A DNA stretch of 63,853 nt, filler included, from Hausera hauseri (Eukaryota), in assembly GCA_046269625.1 (NCBI GenBank). It is 12 parts of 12 records of this genome, joined end to end, with 100 filler letters (N's around TTAATTAATTAA, not from the genome) between each part and the next. Parts side by side here need not be neighbours in the genome. Positions count along the whole stretch, not along the records: positions 1 to 5,407 come from JBJURY010261288.1; positions 5,508 to 10,970 come from JBJURY010249070.1; positions 11,071 to 15,501 come from JBJURY010585222.1; 9 more parts are not named here. One strand, 5' to 3'. Below are positions 1 to 11,234 of the stretch, piece by piece (the stretch's first letter is position 1; the number at the start of each line of letters is the position of its first letter). The position numbers were made by a program, and so were the translations under genes. The notes under the pieces were generated by a model, which worked only from the letters and a program-made list of their open reading frames with translations, ran no database searches and had not been told where the DNA came from.

Positions 1-90
1 AAAATGCAGGACAAATGTAGACACAAAATAATATTTCTTATTCTCATGGAAATGAAACCTTTTATTGCATCTCGATATCATCCATCTTTC

Positions 91-136
91 CTCACACACA
101 CACACACACAGATGCACACAAATACACACACACACA
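91..136 (+). repeat. Imperfect (CA)n microsatellite
   Basis: cacacacacacacacacagatgcacacaaatacacacacacac. Confidence 0.8.
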
Positions 137-1836
137 GATATGAAATGGAACAAAATAATCAAATAACAAAATGTTGTCCATTTCAATAAATACCTTCATT
201 AAAACAAAAAAGTAATAAAAATAAAACAAGTACAAAATACAAAATATCAAAATGATTTGAATTCGTCACATTTGTCAATTAGAAACTCCATTATGTAGAA
301 TAGTTTTCTTAACAGTCATCTTGTACAATATTCAATAGACATGAACTCGACAGATTTGTCTTATCGAAATCTGACAAAAGGGAATAACTCGCTAATCGTT
401 TCAAATGGAAATTCGTCAAAATAAATTCCGACTTTTAATTTTCGAATTTATTGTGACAAAAATTTTGTTTGACAAACAGGTGGATCTGTAAATGACATTG
501 TTTGATTTTGTAGTAAATATGCTGCATCAGGGATCGGATTTGTAAACATTTACAAAAGCAAAATAAATGTCTAGCGTTAAAATTGATATGTTCACAGAAT
601 CTGATACACACACACGATTAATAAAGTGGATATAGGGGTTTGTTTAAATTTCATGAAAACGCAGTCCCATTGGTCCGTTGGTGATTGGGTGAAATTTAAA
701 CAGAAAAAAATTGGCGCTGAATTGAAGTTTTTTAAAGCCTTTTTAATCCAAACGTGCTTGTGTGTGCATGAGATTCTCTCACTTCTGACTCATCCGCGAA
801 CCACATCGATGTAATGGAGTATGAAGAAAGGACGATAAGAAATTATTCGGGAAGGATCATGAATTGTCCCGAATTGTAGAAAACCGTTGAATTTTGTAGT
901 CAATTGGTAAATCAATACCGAATTGGTGACGTAACATCATGTGTAACATTTCAGTTCATATTCAGCATTATTATGTTTGTACATTGAATGAACTGTTTCA
1001 AAATCTAAGTAAATGGCAATTAGGGTAAATGACAGCCATCAGCAATGTGCAATTCGATTAATTCGTTTATTGTTGGACTGGTCAACATAATTGGTCAATC
1101 AATTACGCAAATATTGTCGTATTACGTAATCAATGGATTATGATTGAAATACGGTGGTCTTATGGCGGCATTAACATTGACGCTACTTTGATACAATTGG
1201 CGTCATGCAACTGTTGGTGAAATCATTTTAGTTGAATGCGCACGGCTAATGGAATTTGTTACGGTGAATTGTCACGGCACAGAGCATCAAAATTAGAAAC
1301 GGTGTGCGTGAGATTTATCAAACAACAATTTACTGTGATTTATTTGCATTTGTTACGAATATATTTACAGTTGTTCTGTTCTGTCAAAAAATTATTCAAC
1401 TATGTAACTATTTCACTTACCCCCGTCCCATTCAGTGGCTTGTCCTCGATTTCCCTAAAGGGACTTTGCGTAGTACATATGCCAGTAATACTACAGTGAC
1501 TATGATGTAGACATACGCAACCAAGTACCGTATTCATGACAATGTGGTACTGTTACTAATGCAAATTTCCCCTTTGATACGTTTATATATAAGTTATCGC
1601 CAATTTTAATTATGCAGCCAGAAATGGATTTTTGAAAACAACTTATTCGATTAACTGGTTGAAATTTGTCGAATATTCGGTTCTTCTGCTTTACGGCACT
1701 TCTTCCGTGTGTGGTTCCCAATATGAGATTTGTGTAATTATAAAATTTATTCTACTTGAATTGGTTACAAAAATTTTTCAACGTTACGAAAAATAAAATT
1801 AATTCGACAAAATGGAACCATTAAAATCAATTTTAA

Positions 1837-4474
1837 CCCTTTCTTTACCAACGGGACTTCAGAGTCCCAGTGGTAAATTGCGATTAAACAATCGATTTGG
1901 ACTTCTGTACGGTCACTTTACCAGCGGGACTTTGTGGTCCCAGTTGGAGGAATGTGATTTATTGAACGCACCCTGTTTTGATTTCGTATTTACGACTGAT
2001 TTTCCTGTCAACTACGGTGTTTACTTCCTGAATCACGAATGGTTTGTAAATTGTTATTTACAGTGATAAAGCCTCATTTTGCACTAAGATTCGTATTCGA
2101 ATTTGCTGATTATTTATTGATATTGATACGATTGATGAGATTACATGACTAGATATTGAGTTAGTGTTGAACAATGCTTTTAAGTGCATGGGACTGGGAA
2201 GTCCCGTTGGTAAAGTACGTCGTTTCATCGTAAGAGTTCCTTATCAACCTAGCATTGTGTATTTGATATGGAATACCGTTCCCTGTCAGTAGTAAATTAT
2301 TGGATTTAGATTTAATTTGAATCAGTCTTTGTTAAAAATCCAAAATACAGTCATTTGAGGTACTGATACCGATAATTGGCTGATAAATATGACGACCATT
2401 CGTCTTGCCAACTCATAAAACCGACTCATTGAACCAAACTCTAATCATAATCCTATGGTAGTACCCACTCAGTAGGCTGACTGAGAGACAAAATGATGTG
2501 TATCAGTAACCAACATATGAACAAGTTGAATCTCGACTTTTATCAATTTTGCAGACAGTTTTTTTCATGCAGGTAAAATGGCTTTTTCTACATCCTCATT
2601 TTATAGTTGTAAGCATCAGGCAATACCAGTTGAAATACCAGATAATGCAGATTATACTCCTGTTGATGATGAGAGTGATTCTTCTGCATCCACTGATACA
2701 GAAGTCCAGCCTGATTCTGAACCGGAAGATGTTGACGATGAGATCAGTACACCAAGCACATCTCGGCATGTGGATTTAGGTGCGACAAAGTGGTGTAAGA
2801 AAGAGCTGCAAACCAAGGAGATTGAGTTTCTGGGTGAACCATCTGGGCCTGCTCAGGAGGAATTCGCTACTTGCAGCACATCGATCGACTATTTTACGAT
2901 GTTTCTGTCTGATGACATTGTAAATAATATTGCTGAACAGTCCAATTTGTATGCAGTTTGGAGACAACTGAAGTTTGGAGAGAAGCCACTGCCATCTTTG
3001 CAAAAAGAGGAGCTCTTGGTTTTTTTTTGGAATCAATTTACTGATGGGATACCACTGCTTCCAATCCTATACTCTCTACTGGAGTACTCAGACTGATCTT
3101 GGTGTCGATTGCGTGAAAGAGACCATGTCAAGAAATCGATTTTCGGAGATCATCCACACCTTGCATGTCGCCGATAACAGCAACTGGAGTAAAGAAAACC
3201 CTGATCCTCTCTACAAGCTACGACCACTTAACTGAGTTGAATGCTCAATTTTAGCTACTTTTTGCTGCAACTTAAGTGCAGTCCATTGACGAGGCGATGA
3301 TACTTTTCAAATGTCGCAGCTCAATCAAACAATACAATCCAATGAAGCCGATAAAGAGAGGCTACAAAATTTGGTGTAGAGCTGAGACCAATGGCTACAT
3401 TTGATGTGTACCAGGGCAAGTCTCTGGTTATTGATGCTCCTGCCGACATTGGACTTGGTTGGCAAGCTATCGTGAATATGTCGGCATCAATACAGGATAA
3501 GGGCCACGTGCTGTATTTTGATAATTATTTCTCCTCGGTCCCTTTGTTGAACTACCTAGCAGAACATGGAATCTATGCATGCTGCACGGTTCAAGATAAA
3601 CAGATCAAGCGTGGGGACTCTGACTGGCGTGTATCAGATAAAGGAGTGGTGTTCCTGAAGTGGAAAGACAACCGAGTTGTACATATGCTGTCAAGTGCAC
3701 ATGGCACTGCATGTGGCAAGACAACACGGCGGCTAAAAGATGGCAGCACCATTGAAGTGAGCCAGCCAGAGTCCATTGCAGCATACAACAGGAACATGGG
3801 TTGCGTAGATCATGCCGATATGCTGCACTCTCTGTATGGCTTTAACAGAAAGTCAAACAAAAGGTGGCATCGACTGTTTTTTGCATGACTGATATCACCC
3901 TGATAAATTCATACACTGTTTACTGTGATCTGGTGGAACGAATTCCGTTGCTGGGTTTTGTTCGATCTGTTGCGACTGGCCTGATGGCGTTTCGATTGTC
4001 AGAAACTGCTCAGGGAAAGAAACAAAAGCGGTCATTGCCGGAAGCTGCTACATCAAACAGAAGCAGTCACTGGCCAATGTTTGGTGAGGACAGGGGTCGC
4101 TGTACTCAGTGTTCCAAACTGAAACGCGAGTCGAGGCCATACTCCACTTGCAGCTTTTGCAAAGTTCATCTGTGTTGCAACAGCAAGATGAACTGTTTTT
4201 TTGACTATCATGAAGTTGCCGACAGTTAGAGACTGATAGTGCTGTTAGCAGCTTGCTTACTGAACTGTGACTGGCTCTTGGCATCAGTGTGACCTGTGTA
4301 GATTCGGATGTTGTACTTTACCGTCGGGACTTTTGAGTCCCGGTTATATAACTTTATTAGTTATATAAATTTTGCTAAAACTTTGCAACTGTATGTTATA
4401 CTAATAGTATTTACATAGAAAATGTGTGTGGAGTTGAAATATTAAAGGTGCAAATACTGTTGGTAAAGAAAGGG
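1837..4474 (+). mobile_element. Full-length (2.64 kb) piggyBac DNA transposon, decayed
   Basis: Perfect 16-bp TIRs CCCTTTCTTTACCAAC (1837-1852) and GTTGGTAAAGAAAGGG (4459-4474); TTAA TSD at 1833-1836 and 4475-4478; internal transposase. Confidence 0.97.
2578..4229 (+). pseudogene. piggyBac (PGBD-like, DDE_Tnp_1_7) transposase with frameshifts and stops
   Basis: Acidic N-terminus; MSRNRF, IDEAM, YNPMKPIK, YFDNYF, YNRNMGCVDHAD motifs; C-terminal Cys-rich CxxC..CxxC..LC..CF..YH domain; split over at least four ORFs. Confidence 0.95.
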
Positions 4475-5407
4475 TTAATGAAAATGAATCTGATGAATTC
4501 AACATTTTAACTAGCTTGATTGAAGCCGAATATTACGAAAATATTATTCCATATACGGAGCCCACTCTTTCAGAGATCCAGGAGAGTTTTATACACTACG
4601 GTGCATCAACTGTTTTTTAATTCACTATGATGCTGATGACAGTGACAATGATGATGATGAGGTCAGCTTCTTGCATTTACATGATTCTGATGAAGAAATT
4701 ATATTAATGATATTAAACACAGACTCCGGTTACGAATCCTGTTATGAATCTAAATAATAAAAACTTATTTCTTTTTAAACGTATGTATGTAAATTATTCA
4801 CAACACTGTATACGATCGATAAAGTCTATCTGTGTATGAGGAAAATCTGCTTCACATATTATTACTTTCATAAATACTACACATATGTATGCGTAAATTT
4901 TTTTGTTCACACACAGACAGACTATATCCTGTGCATCACCATGTTTTGATCATAAATGATGACACTGTGTCAATTATTAAATGGTTTCATCATTTACGAT
5001 CACGACAAAGGGAACTAACTCCTCGCCGTGTCCTACTGGGTGAAAAGAGGGCTTCTGCAGGGTCATCGGAGGCAGTTCCAATGTGCACTCAAAGATGGTA
5101 CGGCATGTAAAATGCTTCGACTTTTTTTTCTATTCAAAGTTATGCATACAAATTTGGTAAATATCAACAAATGTAACTCTCAATCCTGGTTAAATACTAT
5201 GTTATTACAATGGAAATTTATTCGTACGACATACACACACTTGCGTCGTGTTATTCTGAACATCAGCTAACTGCTAATCGTAGTCCAAAACAACTATATA
5301 CCGACTTATTAATTGCACACAGCTCCACTCCTATGAGCATGCACGTGAACATACGTGCTCCATGTCATTCATTATTCCTCAAATGCTGCACATGTGCGCT
5401 CACATGC

Positions 5408-5507
5408 NNNNNNNNNNNNNNNNNNNNNNNNNNNNNNNNNNNNNNNNNNNNTTAATTAATTAANNNNNNNNNNNNNNNNNNNNNNNNNNNNNNNNNNNNN
5501 NNNNNNN
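5408..5507. other. Artificial contig linker N44-TTAATTAATTAA-N44; also at 10971-11070, 15502-15601, 19892-19991, 25683-25782, 31037-31136, 36864-36963, 41690-41789, 48022-48121, 53596-53695, 59480-59579
   Basis: Identical 100-nt block occurs 11 times; TTAATTAATTAA puts stops in all six frames. Confidence 0.98.
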
Positions 5508-5790
5508 TCGACGAAGCCCTATACGTGTCTCCTAAAGTGGTATAAGCGTGGAGTTTGATAGGAGTTGGTGCATTATTCGCTATTGTGATCGGCACACGAC
5601 CGGAGTGTACTCTCGTAAGTACGTTGCTGAGTGTTATATTTGGGTTTAGCGTTTCCCTTGGTTCAAAATATATTGGCTGATCATCATTTTGCTGAATCTG
5701 AGCGTAAATTATTATCACTGTTCTTGGTGGAATATTTTCATCTACTGGTATCCACACTTCTCCAAATTTTCTATCTTTAGCATTTTTCAC
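5508..5790 (-). CDS. Gypsy-type post-protease region (dUTPase-like beta fold), truncated by contig end
   Basis: IPPRTVIII..FEP..LSNVL....GRVPITIANN...PIKL...TTLG resembles the segment between PR and RT in Ty3/Gypsy pol; in frame with the protease. Confidence 0.65.
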
Positions 5791-5849
5791 GCCTTTGCTT
5801 GGCCTAATTTCTATTAATTTTCCTGTTTGTAAATCAATCGCTATATTTG

Positions 5850-6150
5850 GTAGCCTTTTTAGTAAATCTCATCCTAGGACAACGTAGTCAGTTAATTGTT
5901 CCATAACTGCAAAATCATATCTTAATGTTTGCCCAACTAATTGGACTTTTGGGTTCCATTTAAACAACGGTTTTGACATTTGGCCAAAAGCTCCTGTGCT
6001 GCCTGGGTCTTTCGTAGATGGGGGGTATAAGTGTCCTCTTAGCGTTTGAGGTATCGGGTCGTTTTTGATATAGGATATCTCAGATCCTGTATCGATTAAT
6101 GCATAGACTTCCCAATCCTCAAGACTAATTTTGGCGAATGGTCTTCCTTC
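5850..6150 (-). CDS. Retropepsin-type aspartic protease (polyprotein domain)
   Basis: VYALIDTGSEISYI active site; C-terminal VVLG*DLL matches the ILGRDLL motif, with TGA likely from CGA. Confidence 0.9.
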
Positions 6151-6844
6151 GATTACGGTTCCAAAGCAGTTTGATGCCGCTTTTGAATGTCTGGTGACGG
6201 ATACTTTGTGTCCGTTTATTGTTACTTCTGGGGCAGATATTATGTTTTTCGATAGTTGTCTTAATTCTCCATTTGGATATAATTTATTATTTTCTACGTG
6301 CAATTCTTCCATTTCATGAGTACTAATTAGAGGTTCCCTATTATTAGTATGTAATTCAGTATGTTGGAAGGTTTTAAATCTTGGGTTATCCCAGACTGTC
6401 GAACTAGTTTCGATATTCTTCGCTTCTCTTGGTGAGTATATCATTTTAGGGCCTTCCGCGGACTGGCGATAACACATTTTCCGTAAGATTCCATATCGTT
6501 TCGTTCCTTCATAAGGGTCTTCTACATTAATTGTCCTTTTATAAATTTCTGTCTGATATGAACTCGTGGATCGTTTGTCGCAATCATCGTAGAATGGAGC
6601 GGTAGGAGGTAGCATGGGCAGTGGCGCTTTAACGACAGAGTACATCTTATGTCTGTTTATTCCCGAAAATGCTTTTCCTCCCTTAGGCTCATCATCATCT
6701 GAATTGGTCCTTCGTGTAATGTGTTTTGCAATTTTCCGTTTCCGTAGAAATATCGATCTTCCTTTTCTTTTACGATTGTAATACCCTACATGGCGTTCTA
6801 CGTCCGATTTCCATCTACTCTCTTCGTATGCTTTCAGGAATTTT

Positions 6845-8660
6845 CCACAAGGCGTTACGATCGCGGTCAATATTTTACAAGAAAATCCAGTTAATGTAAA
6901 TATCTCATATCCATTTATTACAGCTTGGATGACGGCCTTAATCATTTGGATCAGAAAATATATTGCCAAAAATCCTGATGCTGCCTGTCCGAATATCAAA
7001 AATCTTCCCCAAATTTTATAGAGTATCTCTGTTGTTACTCTCTGGTAGTGGTTTACGCCAAGTAATGATTCCCATTTAGCTTGATATCTGGTGTCGTCTA
7101 CTACAGACGCCATTGCCCGATTTAGCTCATGTGTTTGTTGTCGTGGAAAAGCGAGGAATTGTCTGAAGGCCTCGATTTCCTTTGGTCTGTATATACCTTT
7201 CGATGAAGTGTCTTGGAATTTGTCATCTGTAATCCCTTTTGCTAGATTTGTCCCCGTCAGTTTGCTGGGAGCGGCAGTAATGCCTCCATTAGGTAAACTA
7301 ACCCAGTCGGTTTCGCTACGTCTAAACATGGGCTCTCCCAGGCTTGCTTTACAATCTTTAAGAGGGGTTGGTTGTGTCGCATTATCTAATAGCACTCTCG
7401 TCAATGGCATAGCTAATCTTGGAGTATTTTGATAAATAACAGGAAGCTCTTGGATGCAACGTTTCTCTTCTACGTTGATGGGTACTTCTCTCTTTTCGCA
7501 TTCATAGGTTAGCAACACTTCGCCCGTAACTCGACCGAAAATTCCTTCTCTCATGGGAATAATCGGAGAGGCTAATTCCGGGTTTGCATATATGAGAGCC
7601 ATTTTAGTTCTCATAATTTCAGTATCCAATTTGCAGTCGTTCATAATCATTTTATGGTATAATTCCGTTATTCCGACCTGTCCTTTATAATAGAAGTAAT
7701 CGTCTCTATTTTTCAGATAATCTTCAATCCGAACATCTTGCGTTTCCAGTTTATAAGTTTTCGCGTTTATCTCCGTTTCAGCTACAAAAAATGCTTCATA
7801 GTTTGTAGCGAACATTACTACGTCGCAGTGAGTCATCATCTCCTTCTTAATAAATTTTAGTCCGTGTGTGTCGGAAATTAGTATGGTCGGTGTTGGGTGC
7901 TGCGATACATCTTCGCGTGTTCTCGAATTAGTCTCCAATTTGTTTACGTATCTTCTTCCGGCGGTTTCATTGAACTTTAGATCCTTAATTTTAATAAAAT
8001 TACAATTTCTTCCAGAAGGAGGTTCCCATATTATGACCGAGCTTCTGAAAGCACATGTTCCGTCCTGTATATGACATTTCTGGTTCTCGGTGTATAGTTT
8101 TGTGACACTATGAAACATTACTTTTTGTGATCGCATTTCTGCTTCATAGAAATCCACAACCACGACATTTGATTCTAATCCTTTTCCCGTGTCATATTCT
8201 GCTCCATTACAATGTCCGCTATGCATATCCAATCTTCCAGCTACTACTTTGTATGCTCTGATTATTTTTCCGGGCTGCATCTCCAGTTGCATGCTGTCCC
8301 ATTGTATCCTTCCGGTTTCTTTAGCTTGTTTGCAATGTTGACGCTCTAAGTTCATCGGAATTAAGGGAGTGGTGGGCTTAATTATGGAGGAGTGTCCATG
8401 TATTAGTCCACAGTGAAAAATGCTGCGTGACCGCTTTAGCATGCATTCCATACCATCTAACGATACCAATTCTTGTTGCTGATACAGAAAGTAATTTTTC
8501 TCTCGCGTTTCTAGTTTGTGTGGCCTCGCATCTTCGCAGGCTTCTAGGTCTATTAAAGAATATCTTTGTCCTAATTTAAACTTGTCACAATCGTAGACAG
8601 TTACTGCACTTATGTGCTTTATCAACATCATCAATGTAAGTAAACTAATCAGCCAATTCG
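6845..8660 (-). CDS. Chuvirus (Jingchuvirales)-type envelope glycoprotein with signal peptide and TM anchor (polyprotein domain)
   Basis: WLISLLTLMMLIKHISA|VTVYDC signal; YDC..YSL.D...C, FHCG..HSS, GEVL...C, C.QELPV, GIY...I..FR.FL.FP and WGRF..FG...SG TM motifs match my recollection of chuviral G. Confidence 0.88.
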
Positions 8661-9377
8661 ATTCATTTTTCCGACCTCAAACGTCCGATATTGTCAGACT
8701 ACGTAATATATCGTCGAGCTTATTGTTGCCCCGTTTGTCTTCTTCCTTATCAAATAATCTTGTCCAATTTACTTCGCAAGACATTCTTCTTGCCGCTTTC
8801 CGTGCTAAATTTATTGCTCGGTTAATTTCAGTTTCTCGGTTCGGGTTTATTTTGACGGCTAAGTACAGCAAAACTTTCCTCAATTCTTCATTCGTGTTTT
8901 CTACCATAATCTTTTCTATTACCGACTCATCGGTTAAGCTACTTTTTGATAGTTTGAAACGTGAACTTTTCATTGTTTTAGCGGCGTCGAAAATTATCTT
9001 TTCCTTATCGTCTAATACATCCCCTCGAAAACTAGAATAATTCACAATTCGTACTAATTTTTTTATCAACTCAGTTAACTCCTCGTTTTCGGTGCTAAGG
9101 GTCGGAATCGACATTTGTCTTAATTCTTTAATTAGCTCTCCATTGTAATCCACTTCTTCTCGCATCTTCCTAGGTCTGCCGACTGGACGTTTCGATCTTG
9201 GACCTTTAAGGTTTGCCTCGCTTAGTGGTACTAAATTTATGTCGTATTGTTCTTTATCTTCGTCTGTTTGTAAATACTCAAAATATAGTGCCGCATCTGG
9301 AACTCCCATAACTTGTCCGACGCATTGCTCTGCTATGGCTTTACGTGTGGCTTCTTCCTTTGTCTGTTCATTAGCTA

Positions 9378-9595
9378 TTATTACCACTATTCGATTTGCT
9401 TCGTCGGGAATGATCCCGACGTCTATCAATTGTTTTAAGTCGTTTAATATTCTACCTCTAAATTAAAATCTATAATTCAACTCATTTGTCCCTCCATTCT
9501 TTACTAGCCATTCTCTTACATCCCTTACGTAAGAATGTGTAGTCAATTCGCATTCTTTTTCGTCCATCCATTCGGATGACACCATAATTTTCATC
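9378..9595 (-). CDS. Ubiquitin-like domain within the polyprotein (spans stop at 9463)
   Basis: MKIMV..VRDVREWL..G..NYRF*FRGRILNDLKQLIDVGI aligns with ubiquitin MQIFV..[31 protein letters not shown]. Confidence 0.72.
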
Positions 9596-11070
9596 GTTAC
9601 CTCAGGTTTAGCCCTTAAGGTTTTAGCGTACTTCTTTATCAACAGTTTCGGCACCGTACTATAAATTGTGTTTTCGCTAGATAACTTAGTTAAAGTTGGA
9701 ATAAGTTGTCGTAGTTTATTCTCAGCAATATTTACGTTAATCAATTCCATCAAATCTTTTTCAGTTAGGGCTGAGTCCAGTAGCATTTCTACTTTAATCT
9801 CCTGTCCTTGGGACAAGTTTCTTTCTCGTTTAACTGCACGAGAGTCATAGGTTTTTCGGCAAGTTTCGGGTTTGTTTCCAGCATCTGGAAGTCGGTAGTC
9901 CACTAAAACCGTATTGGCTCTTTGAATGTTCTCCCGAATTTCCTTTAATTTGGGTTGTATTTCTTTCATTTTCGTATTTCGGAAACCTACTCCATTTCCA
10001 CAGGCATATTGTATCGTTTTTAGTAATTCACCGAATTCGTTAGAATCAATCAGCCCCTTTTGATGATAATCTGTCAATTCAAGAATCACATCCTTTTGCC
10101 ACCGTTGTACAAATTCTTGTTTATTTTTAATCTCCGATTTGGTAAAAGCATACTTATTACGATAGACTGTGAGCTCTTTTGTTAATTCATCTAACCTTAT
10201 CGCTTTTTGTTTCGTTTTGATAGCTGTTTCTTCTACCTTGTGTATTTTGGGCATCAATTGCCTCATCTGCTCGTCACTGATTTCTGCCATTTCCATCAAT
10301 AAATAAGCTAACTCGTACATCTCATTTATGACCTTTGAATCAAGATTCATCGCATCCGACACTTTCTTCATGAATTTGTGTTCCTGAAAGCTAAAATGTG
10401 GATCGTTTCCTATTTCTATCAACTTGGTATGGAAATTCTGGTCTGATCCGGCCATCCATTCTTGAGGTTTCTGTAAGAAACTTATTGCATCGGTTAACGT
10501 ATCTCGGTATCCTGGACAAATGTCCATAATTTCGATATCTTGTGCAGAAATTTCGTCGATTGTTTTTCCAGTTAAGTATTAAATCCCTTCTAGCCGGACA
10601 ACCCTTAACTTTGAATTTACATCGTGAATTATATTCCGTTTCTCCGTAAAGTTCGTTTCTTCGATCAATTTGTAGATTCCCTCCATCGTCGACACTTCTC
10701 GTTCCTTTTCCATAAATTTTAGTTGTCGTAGCGCTTCAAATTGAGTACAGATATTTATTTCTATTCGCAACGTGGCTAAATTATGCGCACTTTCCTCTAA
10801 TTGCTGCTTCACCGTTGTCTCGCTCTGCGGAAATTCCGTTTTACGATCTTCTACCAATTTGATTAGTCGCGTTACTAGCTTGGACCATTCCGTCAATTGA
10901 TTTGTAATTACAGGCTTCGCCATTACGGCTTTATCTAACATCTTGTATGCATCTTCTAATTCATCGTCCGNNNNNNNNNNNNNNNNNNNNNNNNNNNNNN
11001 NNNNNNNNNNNNNNTTAATTAATTAANNNNNNNNNNNNNNNNNNNNNNNNNNNNNNNNNNNNNNNNNNNN

Positions 11071-11184
11071 TGCATAAAATTAAATCAGGCTTAAATGTCG
11101 ATTGATTGAACACATTGTCGATCAGAGATGGTCGTAGGTTGATTACACTTAATCATGTATCGAAATGTCAACACCCCCCTCTTC
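11071..11184 (-). mobile_element. Polypurine tract and start of 3' LTR of an LTR retrotransposon
   Basis: Minus strand CTGAGGAC...GAAGAGGGGGG (PPT, 11184-11174) followed directly by TGTTGAC at 11173, about 50 nt after an ORF stop. Confidence 0.8.
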
Positions 11185-11234
11185 AGACGATGCCGTCCTC
11201 AGCATCGCTGGGTAGGTTTCCAAGGTCCCGTTTT

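Larger units (their letters stand above)
5508..10970 (-). mobile_element. Fragment of an env-bearing LTR-retroelement/virus-like element; one polyprotein frame with four in-frame stops
   Basis: ORFs starting at 10941, 10527, 9429, 8634 and 5790 share one frame. Junctions read EGI*YLTG, YRF*FRGR, SDV*GRKN and VLG*DLLK. No frameshift in 5.4 kb. Confidence 0.88.

Noticed and set aside
600-936. Solo LTR (TG...CA)
   Set aside because: No TSD and no second copy in the window.
4889-5407. Integrase-core-like remnant (HQLTANRSPKQLY)
   Set aside because: Only one short motif; no catalytic residues traceable.
5408-5507. Recurrent TTAATTAATTAA as a biological site
   Set aside because: Always centred in a fixed N block; it is an assembly linker.
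6131-9850. Plus-strand ORFs overlapping the polyprotein
   Set aside because: Antisense shadow ORFs with no motifs. The same applies to most 60-100 aa ORFs in the track.
5869-10581. Alternative genetic code explaining the in-frame stops
   Set aside because: Both TAA and TGA occur, only four in about 1,800 codons, and TGG encodes Trp normally. Point mutation is simpler.
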